Source: Candidatus Dormiibacterota bacterium (GTDB lineage Bacteria > Chloroflexota > Dormibacteria > Aeolococcales > Bog-877). From it: 64,000 nt of DNA. Shown in pieces: positions 1-8,188 of this stretch (the first letter of the stretch is position 1; the number at the start of each line of letters is the position of its first letter). Made by a program: the position numbers and the translations under genes. The notes under the pieces are model-generated. The model ran no database searches and was not told where the DNA came from. It worked only from the letters and a program-made list of their open reading frames with translations. The stretch spans positions 1,093-65,092 of the forward strand of contig DAHUZI010000040.1 in the NCBI GenBank assembly GCA_027306595.1, read 5' to 3'.

Positions 1-1694
1 CCCACGCGGGCCCGATCGCCGCCACCCGGGTCGGCCTCTTCGACGATGGGCTCCGCCTCGACCCGGCCATGCCCGACCTGGAGCGCAGTCGGCTCGACCT
101 CATGGTCGCCGGCACCCGCTCCGCCATCAACATGGTCGAGGCGGGGGCTCAGCAGGTCTCCGAGGCCGTGGTCCTGGAGGCGCTCGCGCGGGCCCAGGAG
201 CGGATCGCGGCGATCATCGGGATCATCGACGAGCTGGTCGCCAAGGTGGGCCGGCCCAAGGCCGCCTACCCCAAGGTGGCGACTCCGCCGGAGCTGAAGG
301 CGGCGATCCAGGAGCAGATCCAGGGGCGGCTCGACCGCGCGTTCCGTGAGCCGGACAAGGCTCGGCGGGAGCAGCAGATCGACGACCTGCGCGCGTCGAC
401 CGTCAAGGAGGCGGCGGAGCGCTTCCCGGGCCGGGAGAAGGAGCTGGGAGGCGCGTTCGAGTCGGTGCTGAAGGCCGCCGTCCGGCGTGCCATCCTCGAC
501 GAGGGGCTCCGGCCCGACGGCCGGCGCACCGATGAGATCCGCCCCATCTGGTGCCGGGTCGGGGTGCTCCCGCGGACCCACGGCAGCGCCGTCTTCACCC
601 GCGGCCAGACCCAGGCGCTCTCGATCGTCACCCTGGGCACCATGTCCGACCAGCAGAAGCTGGACGGGCTCGGCCTCGAGTCCTTCAAGCGGTACATGCA
701 CCACTACAACTTCCCCCCCTTCTCGGTGGGCGAGGCCCGGCCCCTGCGCTCCCCCGGGCGGCGCGAGATCGGCCACGGCGCCCTGGCCGAGCGAGCGGTC
801 CGGGTGGTGGTGCCGCCGGTCGACGACTTCCCCTACACCGTGCGAATCGTCACCGAGATCCTCTCCAGCAACGGCAGCACCTCGATGGCCAGCGTCTGCG
901 GCAGCACCCTCGCGCTGATGGACGCGGGCGTGCCCGTGCAGTCCCCCGTCGGCGGCATCGCGATGGGGCTGATCACCGATGAGGCCGACCCCCAGCGCTA
1001 CGCGATCCTCTCCGACATCCAGGGGATGGAGGACGCACTCGGCGACATGGACTTCAAGGTCGCCGGGACCCGCAGCGGCGTCACCGCCCTGCAGATGGAC
1101 ATCAAGGTGGGTGGGCTGACCCAGGAGATCTTCCGCTTGGCCCTGGAGCAGGCTCGGGTCGGGCGCCTGCACATCCTGGACCGGATGGCGGACGCCCTCA
1201 GCGAACCGCGGACCGCGATGTCCGACTACGCCCCCAGGATCACGACGATCGAGATCAACCCCGACAAGATCCGCGACGTGATCGGTCCCGGCGGCAAGAC
1301 CATCCGTCGGATCCAGGAGGAGACCGGGGCTCAGATCGACATCGAGGACGACGGCCGCGTCTTCCTCGCAACCGTCGACTCCGACGCGATGGAGCGCGCG
1401 GTCGCGATGATCCGCGACCTCACCGAGAGCGTGGAGGTCGGCCGCATCTACAAGGGCAAGGTGGTCCGGATCATGCCCTTCGGCGCCTTCGTCGAGATCC
1501 TGCCCAAGCAGGACGGGCTGGTCCACATCTCCCAGCTGGCGGAGCAGCGGGTGGGCAAGGTCGAGGACGTCGTCAGCATCGGCGACGAGATCATGGTGAA
1601 GGTCACCGAGATCGACGACCGCGGCCGGGTCAACCTCTCGCGCAAGGCGGCGATCCAGGAGTTGGCGACCGCCAACAACGGCGCCGCCGGCTGA
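1..1694 (+). CDS. pnp: polynucleotide phosphorylase, C-terminal ~560 aa (5' end lies outside the window)
   Basis: The frame is open from nt 3 (HAGPIAATRVGLFDDGLRLDP precedes the listed M at 69). Second RNase PH domain (DGRRTDEIRPI, GSAVFTRGQTQAL, GDMDFKVAGT), KH (GPGGKTIRRIQEETGA) and S1 (GKVVRIMPFGAFVEILPKQDGLVHISQL). Confidence 0.95.
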   Translation, partial: HAGPIAATRVGLFDDGLRLDPAMPDLERSRLDLMVAGTRSAINMVEAGAQQVSEAVVLEALARAQERIAAIIGIIDELVAKVGRPKAAYPKVATPPELKAAIQEQIQGRLDRAFREPDKARREQQIDDLRASTVKEAAERFPGREKELGGAFESVLKAAVRRAILDEGLRPDGRRTDEIRPIWCRVGVLPRTHGSAVFTRGQTQALSIVTLGTMSDQQKLDGLGLESFKRYMHHYNFPPFSVGEARPLRSPGRREIGHGALAERAVRVVVPPVDDFPYTVRIVTEILSSNGSTSMASVCGSTLALMDAGVPVQSPVGGIAMGLITDEADPQRYAILSDIQGMEDALGDMDFKVAGTRSGVTALQMDIKVGGLTQEIFRLALEQARVGRLHILDRMADALSEPRTAMSDYAPRITTIEINPDKIRDVIGPGGKTIRRIQEETGAQIDIEDDGRVFLATVDSDAMERAVAMIRDLTESVEVGRIYKGKVVRIMPFGAFVEILPKQDGLVHISQLAEQRVGKVEDVVSIGDEIMVKVTEIDDRGRVNLSRKAAIQELATANNGAAG

Positions 1695-1705
1695 TCGTCA
1701 GCCCG

Positions 1706-2743
1706 ATGCCCGGATCCGCCACCCGCCCGGCCGAGCTGACGGTGGCCGTGGTGGGCGCGACCGGGGTCGTCGGTCGCACCATGCTGGCGGTGCTGGAGGC
1801 CAGGCGGTTCCCGGTCGGGGAGCTGCGCTGCCTCGCCTCAGAGCGGTCGGCCGGGCGGACGACCCTCGAGTTTCGCGGCGTCCGGCACCCCGTCCGCCTC
1901 GCCGAGCCGGCCGCGCTCGAGGGCTGCGACGTCGCCCTCTTCAGCGCCGGCGCCGCGGCGGCCCGGGCGCTGGCGCCGGCGGCGGTGGCCGCGGGCGTCG
2001 CCGTCGTCGACAACAGCTCGGCGTTTCGGCAGGATCCCCAGGTGCCGCTCGTCGTGCCCGAGGTCAACGGCGAGCTCCTCGACTCCGCCCCCCCGCTCGT
2101 CGCCAATCCCAACTGCTCGACGATCCAGCTGACCGTCGCCCTGGCCCCGCTCCACCGGGCCTTCGGACTCCGGCGGGTGCACGTGGCGACGTACCAGGCG
2201 GCGTCCGGGGCGGGCCGGGCGCTGGTGGATGCTCTGCGCTCGCAGTCGGCGGCGGTGGCCCGCGGCGAGCGGCCACAGACGGCCAGCTATCCGCACCCGC
2301 TCGCCGGGAACGTGGTTCCGGGCGGCTGGCGCGCCGACGGCGACGCCACGGAGGAGGAGCGCAAGATCGTGTTCGAGACGCGCCGGCTGCTGGGGCTGCC
2401 GGCGCTCCCGATCGGATGCACCACGGTGAGGGTTCCGGTCGCCGTCGGCCATGCCGAGGCGGTGTGGGCGGCGTTCTCGACCCCGGTCAGCCCTGACGAG
2501 GCCCGCGCCGTGCTCGCCGCCGCCCCTGGGGTGGTCGTTCACGACCGGCTCGCCGAGGATCGGTACCCCACCCCGCTGGAGGCGGCCGGCACCGACCCCG
2601 TATGGGTCGGCCGGCTGCGCGAGGATCTCGGCGAGCCCGGCGGCCTGTCCCTGTTCGTGGTCGCGGACAACCTGCGCAAGGGGGCCGCGCTCAACGCGGT
2701 GCAGATCGCCGAGCGCCTGGCGGGGGCCGCGGCCGGGCGCTGA
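1706..2743 (+). CDS. asd: aspartate-semialdehyde dehydrogenase
   Basis: N-terminal Rossmann VAVVGATGVVGR, active-site NPNCSTIQL, overall Asd-like length (345 aa). Confidence 0.9.
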   Translation: MPGSATRPAELTVAVVGATGVVGRTMLAVLEARRFPVGELRCLASERSAGRTTLEFRGVRHPVRLAEPAALEGCDVALFSAGAAAARALAPAAVAAGVAVVDNSSAFRQDPQVPLVVPEVNGELLDSAPPLVANPNCSTIQLTVALAPLHRAFGLRRVHVATYQAASGAGRALVDALRSQSAAVARGERPQTASYPHPLAGNVVPGGWRADGDATEEERKIVFETRRLLGLPALPIGCTTVRVPVAVGHAEAVWAAFSTPVSPDEARAVLAAAPGVVVHDRLAEDRYPTPLEAAGTDPVWVGRLREDLGEPGGLSLFVVADNLRKGAALNAVQIAERLAGAAAGR

Positions 2744-2780
2744 ATGGCGGGCGGGGCCGGCTGGGGCCCCGCCCGCCGGG

Positions 2781-3731
2781 TCAGGGGACGGTGCCGACCC
2801 GGCCGAGGTGGGGGAGGACCTCGGCAGCCACCAGCCGCAGGTGGTCGAGGTCGGCGAGGTCGAGGAACTGGAGGTAGGCGATCTCGGCGCCGGCGGCCGC
2901 CCGCGCCGCCAGGGCGTCGATGACCTCCTCGGGGCGGCCGGCCACCCCCTCCTCGGCGAGCTCATCGATGGCGCGACCCATCGCCTCAGCCCGGCGGATC
3001 ACCTCGGCCTGGGTGGCGCCGCAGCACACCGTCAGCGCGACCGAGAGGCGCAGGGTGGCGGGGTCGCGGCGCGCCGACCTGCAGGCGGAGCGGACCCGAT
3101 CGAACGCCGACTGCGACTCCTCGAGCGGGCAGAAGGCAATGTTGAACTCATCGGCGAAGCGCGCCGCCAGCCGCGGCGTTCGCGGCCGGCCGCCGCCGCC
3201 GACGATGATGGGGGGGCGGGGCTGCTGGAGGGGCCGCGCCTGGGCGGGGTTGGCGCGCAGGTCGTAATGGCGCCCGGCGAAGGTGAAGGTCGTGCCCTGG
3301 GGCGTGGCCCACAGCCCGGTGAGGATCGCGAGCTGCTCCTCCAGTCGGTCGAAGCGCTCGCCGACGGCGGGGAACGGGATGCCGAAGGCGCGGTGTTCCG
3401 CCGTGTGCCATCCAGCACCGAGCCCAAGCTCGACCCGGCCCCCACTCATGTGGTCGACCTGCGCCACCGCGACGGCCAGGGGACCCGGCAGCCGGAAGGT
3501 CGCCGCGGTGACGAGGGTCCCGAGCCGAACCCGGCTCGTCTCCCGGGCCAAACCGGCCAGGGTGGTCCAGCTGTCGGTCTGGCCCGGCCACCCGGGCGAG
3601 TCGTCGGTCGTGAGGTAGTGGTCGGAGCGGAAGAAGCCGTCGAAGCCCAGGGCCTCCGCCTCCCGGGCGAAGGCGAGGATCTGGTCATAGGTGGCGCCCC
3701 GCTGGGGCTCGACGAAGACGCGCAGCCGCAT
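2781..3731 (-). CDS. LLM-class (luciferase-like) F420-dependent oxidoreductase
   Basis: MRLRVFVEPQRGATYDQILAFAREAEALGFDGFFRSDHYL is the typical N-terminus of the Rv1855c-type F420 LLM family. I place the start at the internal M (nt 3731) rather than the ORF-track start at 3803. Confidence 0.8.
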   Translation of the reverse strand: MRLRVFVEPQRGATYDQILAFAREAEALGFDGFFRSDHYLTTDDSPGWPGQTDSWTTLAGLARETSRVRLGTLVTAATFRLPGPLAVAVAQVDHMSGGRVELGLGAGWHTAEHRAFGIPFPAVGERFDRLEEQLAILTGLWATPQGTTFTFAGRHYDLRANPAQARPLQQPRPPIIVGGGGRPRTPRLAARFADEFNIAFCPLEESQSAFDRVRSACRSARRDPATLRLSVALTVCCGATQAEVIRRAEAMGRAIDELAEEGVAGRPEEVIDALAARAAAGAEIAYLQFLDLADLDHLRLVAAEVLPHLGRVGTVP

Positions 3732-4429
3732 GGGCTCCTCCTGCTCTTGCCGCCTGTCGCGGCCGGTCGGCGAATGCCGGCCAAGCGTCGAACGAGGCCC
3801 CAAGAGGTGTCAAGCGGCGACAGCCGGCGGGGCGCTCGCCCGCGCCGCCACCGGGCTCACCTGCGGGCGGGGGATCTCGATCTCCCGATCATCGACGTCA
3901 CCGCTGTGCCCCGTCGGCCGGCGCCCGCCGGCGCCATCCGAGCCGCGCCCGCCAAGGCCCAAGGTGGGCTGGGGACGACCCGGACGCCCGAAGCGTACCC
4001 GCCCCCCTCTCCATCAGCAACGCAACCCACCGGCTGAGCGCCGAGGAGGCCCAGGCGATCGGGGAGGACGTCATCCGCGCCTGGCTGTGGCCGGGCTCGG
4101 GCGCTCGCCGACCTCCGGGGTCCGCTCGCGGGTCGGGGCGCTAACGTTCGGCGACCCGCTCGTGGCCCTGGCCCGCCGGCCATCGAGGGGTCCAGCCCGA
4201 GACCACCGTCCCGGCTGCGCTCACCCCCGTGGGTCCGCTCGCTCGGCTTTCGGCCCCAGCTCCGCGGCCCCCAGCCGACCGCGGTCGTCCTCACCGAGCC
4301 CCACCCCCTCGCGACTCCGGTCACCCCGCAGAGCCGGACCGGTTTCCTGACCGGTCGCCGCGCTCTGCGCGCCGGCCCCTCGCCGACCGCCACCCCCGCC
4401 GCGTAGCCGAGGGCCGGCGGCCGCGTTCC

Positions 4430-4435
4430 TATAAT
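4430..4435 (+). promoter_or_regulatory. consensus -10 hexamer TATAAT, 6 nt upstream of the udg GTG (probable leaderless transcript)
   Basis: cgttccTATAATcgcccgGTGGTG. There is no Shine-Dalgarno between the hexamer and GTG 4442. Confidence 0.5.
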
Positions 4436-4441
4436 CGCCCG

Positions 4442-5143
4442 GTGGTGGAGGGGCCCGCCGACCCGCTGGAGCGGCAGGCTCGGCTGGATGCGATCGCCGC
4501 CGAGGTTCGGGCCTGCACCCGATGCTCCCTGCACCGCACGCGGACCCAGGGGGTCCCGGGCACCGGGCCGGTGACGGCCCGGCTGATGGCGGTGGGGGAG
4601 GCCCCGGGCGAGAACGAGGACCGCCTGGGTCGGCCGTTCGTCGGGGCGGCGGGCCAGCTCCTCACCGAGCTGCTCGAGGGGATCGGGCTCAGCCGCGACG
4701 ACATCTTCATCACGAACGTCCTCAAGTCGCGCCCGCCCCAGAACCGCGACCCCCTCCCCGAGGAGGTCGCCGCCTGCGCTCCCTATCTCGACGCCCAGAT
4801 CGCCCTCATCCGCCCGCTCGTCATCCTCCTGCTCGGCCGCCACGCGCTCGGCCGCCTCGTGGCCGGCGCGCCCCCGATCTCCCGGTGCCACGGGAGCCCG
4901 ATCCGAGCGGACGGGCGGGTCTACCTGCCCGTCTACCATCCGGCGGCCGCCCTCTACAACGGCGGCCTCCTCGCCACGCTTCGCGACGACTTCCGGCGGC
5001 TGCGCGAGCTCCTGGACGAGCTGGAGGCGGACCGTCCGGCCCCGCCAGCCGGGTCCGCCGGCCCCTCGGGGCTGGCGGTCCCGCCCGCGGAGGCGACGGA
5101 GGAGGGACGGCCCGCCGCGGCGCAGCAGCTTGCCCTCTTCTGA
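4442..5143 (+). CDS. udg: uracil-DNA glycosylase, family 4
   Basis: CTRCSLHRTRTQGVPGTG, GEAPGENEDRLGRPFVGAAGQLL and FITNVLKSRPPQNRDP motifs. The ORF-track start (4229) adds an Arg/Pro-rich leader, so I prefer GTG 4442. Confidence 0.85.
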   Translation: MVEGPADPLERQARLDAIAAEVRACTRCSLHRTRTQGVPGTGPVTARLMAVGEAPGENEDRLGRPFVGAAGQLLTELLEGIGLSRDDIFITNVLKSRPPQNRDPLPEEVAACAPYLDAQIALIRPLVILLLGRHALGRLVAGAPPISRCHGSPIRADGRVYLPVYHPAAALYNGGLLATLRDDFRRLRELLDELEADRPAPPAGSAGPSGLAVPPAEATEEGRPAAAQQLALF

Positions 5144-6857
5144 CCGCGGGCGGTCGGCGGCCACCGGGTCCCCGACCGCGCCGGTCGCCGTCCGACCGGG
5201 GCCGCCCGCCCCCGGCGTGATCCGGTTCGTGGCGCTGGGCGGTCTCGGGGAGATCGGCAAGAACCTCGCGGTGCTCGAGGTGGGCGGGGACTGCCTCGTC
5301 ATCGACTGCGGCCTCATGTTCCCCGATGCCGAGACGCTCGGCGTCGACCTCGTCATCCCCGACATCCGCTACCTGCTGGAGCGCCGCGAGCGGGTGCGGG
5401 CGATCATCGTCACCCACGGCCACGAGGACCATATCGGGGCGCTGCCCTTCGTCCTCCCGCGGCTGCCGGTCCCGGTCTTCGGCAGCGCTCTCGCCCTCGG
5501 CTTCCTCCGCCACAAGCTGCGCCGCCGCGGCTTCCAGGGCGCGGCCGACCTCCGCCCGGTCGGGGCCGGGGCCCGCGTCGGGCTGGGGGCCTGCACCGTG
5601 GAGTTCGTCCACGTGACCCACAGCGTGCCCGACAGCTTCGCTCTGGTCATCGACACCCCGGCGGGCACCGTCGTCCACAGCGGCGATTTCAAGCTGGACG
5701 CGACCCCCGTGGACGGCCCGCCGCCGGACCTGCAGCGCCTAGCCGCCGCGGGGCGGAGCGGGGTGCGCCTGCTCTGCAGTGACAGCACGAACGCCGAGCG
5801 CCCCGGGGTCACCCCATCGGAGCGCACCGTCGGTCCGGCGCTCCGCGCGATCGTCAAGGGGGCCCCGGGCCGGGTGCTGGTCGTCACCTTCGCCAGCAAC
5901 ATCGCCCGCATCCAGCAGGCGGTGGACGCGGGGCTGGCGTCGGGTCGGCGCTGCTGCGTGGTGGGCCGGAGCATGCTCGACAACGTGGCCACTGCGCAGG
6001 CCGTCGGGCGCCTGCGGATCCCGCAGGACGCCTTGCTCTGGCCGCGCCAGCTCGATCGCGTCCCCGACCGCGAACTTCTCTTCATCAGCACCGGGGCCCA
6101 GGGCGAGCCGCTGGCCGCCCTCAGCCGGATCGCCGACGGCACCCACCCGTTCGTCACCACCCGGGCCGCCGACACCGTGATCGTGTCCGCCAACCCCATC
6201 CCCGGCAACGAGCCCCTGGTCAACCGCACCGTGAACCGGCTCGCCCGCCAGGGCGTCCGGGTGCACGCGACCAGTCGCGACGGGGTGCATGCCAGCGGCC
6301 ACGCCGCCCGCGAGGAGCTGCGCTTCCTCCTCGAGCTCATCCGCCCGCAGGCGTTCATCCCGGTGCATGGCGAGTACCGCCACCTGGCGGCCCACCGTGA
6401 GCTGGCCCTCGAGACCGGGCTCGCCGAGTCGCAGGTCGCGGTGGTGGAGAACGGGGTGGCGGTCGAGGTCGACGCCGCCGGGGTTCGGATCGGCGGGCCG
6501 GTCGCCCACGGCAACGCGTACGTGGACGGCGTCGACGCGGAGGCGGTCGAGCACGTCGTCCTGCGCGACCGGCGGACCCTGGCGGAGGACGGGGTCGTGA
6601 TCGCCTCGGTGGCGGTCGATCGGGAGCGCGGCGAGGTCGTGGGCGGGCCCGACATCGTGTCGCGGGGGTTTGCCCGGGGCTCGCACCTGGCGCCGCTCGC
6701 TGCCGAGGCGCGTCTCGCGGTCCTGGCGGTGTGCGCCAACGAGGGGACCAGCGACCCGGCCGAGCTGCGCCGGGCGATCCACGACCGGCTCGCGGGCCTC
6801 TTCCTGGAGCGCATGCAGCGGCGGCCGATGATCCTGCCGGTGATCAGCGAGATCTGA
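5130..6857 (+). CDS. rnj: ribonuclease J (metallo-beta-lactamase/beta-CASP RNase)
   Basis: IRFVALGGLGEIGKNLAVLE, HGHEDHIGALPF, beta-CASP and C-terminal domain length. Alternative start GTG 5217 (VIRFVALGG). Confidence 0.9.
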   Translation: MPSSDRGRSAATGSPTAPVAVRPGPPAPGVIRFVALGGLGEIGKNLAVLEVGGDCLVIDCGLMFPDAETLGVDLVIPDIRYLLERRERVRAIIVTHGHEDHIGALPFVLPRLPVPVFGSALALGFLRHKLRRRGFQGAADLRPVGAGARVGLGACTVEFVHVTHSVPDSFALVIDTPAGTVVHSGDFKLDATPVDGPPPDLQRLAAAGRSGVRLLCSDSTNAERPGVTPSERTVGPALRAIVKGAPGRVLVVTFASNIARIQQAVDAGLASGRRCCVVGRSMLDNVATAQAVGRLRIPQDALLWPRQLDRVPDRELLFISTGAQGEPLAALSRIADGTHPFVTTRAADTVIVSANPIPGNEPLVNRTVNRLARQGVRVHATSRDGVHASGHAAREELRFLLELIRPQAFIPVHGEYRHLAAHRELALETGLAESQVAVVENGVAVEVDAAGVRIGGPVAHGNAYVDGVDAEAVEHVVLRDRRTLAEDGVVIASVAVDRERGEVVGGPDIVSRGFARGSHLAPLAAEARLAVLAVCANEGTSDPAELRRAIHDRLAGLFLERMQRRPMILPVISEI

Positions 6858-6862
6858 GCCAG

Positions 6863-8065
6863 GTGTCGGGCGCACGGGTCGTGGGGGCGGCGGCGCTGCT
6901 GGCGGTGATCGGCGTCGCCGGCGTCGGGGCCGTGCACGCGGCGGGCGCCGTCTCCGCCGCCGCCGAGCTCGCCCCGGCGCGCCTCGCTCCCTTCGCCGGG
7001 CGGGTTCCGCCCCTCGGCTGGCCGCGCCAGGGCGAAGCCGCGGTCGCGGTCCAGGGGGTGGGGATGCTGGGCGCGAGCCCACGGCAGCAACCGGTGCCGA
7101 TCGCGAGCGTGACCAAGATCATGACCGCGCTGGTGGTTCTGCGTGACCATCCCCTCGCCCCGGGCCAGGGCGGGCCGGTCCTGGTCATGACCGCGACCGA
7201 CCAGGAGGTCTTCCGCCAGGACCTCCACCAGGACGACTCGACCCTGCCCGTCCGGGTTGGGGAGCGCCTGTCCGAGCGCCAGCTGCTGGAGGGGCTGCTC
7301 ATCCCCTCCGGTGACAACGCGGCCTGGATCCTGGCCCGATGGGACGCCGGAGCGGTGCCGAACTTCGTCGCGAAGATGAATGCCGAGGCCCGCGCGCTCG
7401 GGCTCCGCGCCACCCACTACGCCGACGTGAGCGGCCTGGACCCGGCGTCGACGAGCAGCGCCGTCGACCAGACCCACCTCGCCGAGGTGGCCATGCGCGA
7501 CCCGGTGTTCGCTGCGATCGTGCGCCAGGCCCACGTCGTCCTCCCGTTCGCGGGGCGGCTCCCCAACTACAACCCGCTGGCGGGCGCCCCGTACGTCAGC
7601 GGGGTCAAGACCGGGTGGACGCCGGCCGCGGGCGGCTGCCTGGTGCTGGCGCGCTGGGCCCGGGTGGGGGCGCGCCCGCTCACGGTGGTGGCGACGGCCC
7701 TGGGCCAGCGGGGGCCGGCCGAGCTTCCCGCCGCCGCAAGGGTCAGCGACCGGCTCGCCCGCCGGGCGGTGGCGCTCCTCACCACGCGGGTCGTCAGCCT
7801 GGCGAGGCGCCCGGTGGGGATTCTCCGAGCCCCGGGCGAGCGGCCCGACCCGCTGGTCGTGGTGGGGGCGGCCCGGCTGGTCGGCTGGCCGGGGCTGCCG
7901 GTCACGGTCCACCTCCACCTCAGCTCGCCACTGCCGGCGCTGCCGATCCCGGCCGGGGCCACGGTGGGGAGGGCGGTCGTGACGGCGGGCGCCCAGACCG
8001 TTGTGCTTCCGATCCGGACCAGACGGCAGCTGGTCGCCCCCGGCCTGCTCTGGCGGCTGCTCTAG
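6863..8065 (+). CDS. D-alanyl-D-alanine carboxypeptidase (S11 penicillin-binding protein)
   Basis: SxxK (ASVTKIMT), SxN (IPSGDNAA) and KTG (GVKTGWT) motifs with an N-terminal signal/TM. GTG 6863 lies just after the rnj stop. Confidence 0.85.
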   Translation: MSGARVVGAAALLAVIGVAGVGAVHAAGAVSAAAELAPARLAPFAGRVPPLGWPRQGEAAVAVQGVGMLGASPRQQPVPIASVTKIMTALVVLRDHPLAPGQGGPVLVMTATDQEVFRQDLHQDDSTLPVRVGERLSERQLLEGLLIPSGDNAAWILARWDAGAVPNFVAKMNAEARALGLRATHYADVSGLDPASTSSAVDQTHLAEVAMRDPVFAAIVRQAHVVLPFAGRLPNYNPLAGAPYVSGVKTGWTPAAGGCLVLARWARVGARPLTVVATALGQRGPAELPAAARVSDRLARRAVALLTTRVVSLARRPVGILRAPGERPDPLVVVGAARLVGWPGLPVTVHLHLSSPLPALPIPAGATVGRAVVTAGAQTVVLPIRTRRQLVAPGLLWRLL

Positions 8066-8188
8066 GACGACTGATCGCTCCCCGTCCTCCCGTGGCGCCG
8101 GGGCCCCTTCGCCAGACGGGCCCGGTCCCCGTACACTTCCCGCGAACGGCCATTCGTCGCCGCGATCCCTCCACGACCTCCTCACCCC

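Noticed and set aside
3851-4141. Protein-like stretch in + frame 2 (…PLSISNATHRLSAEEAQAIGEDVIRAWLWPG…*) in the gap upstream of udg.
   Set aside because: I found no ATG, GTG or TTG in frame upstream. The N-terminal continuation is Arg-rich junk and only about 25 residues look protein-like. At best it is a gene remnant.
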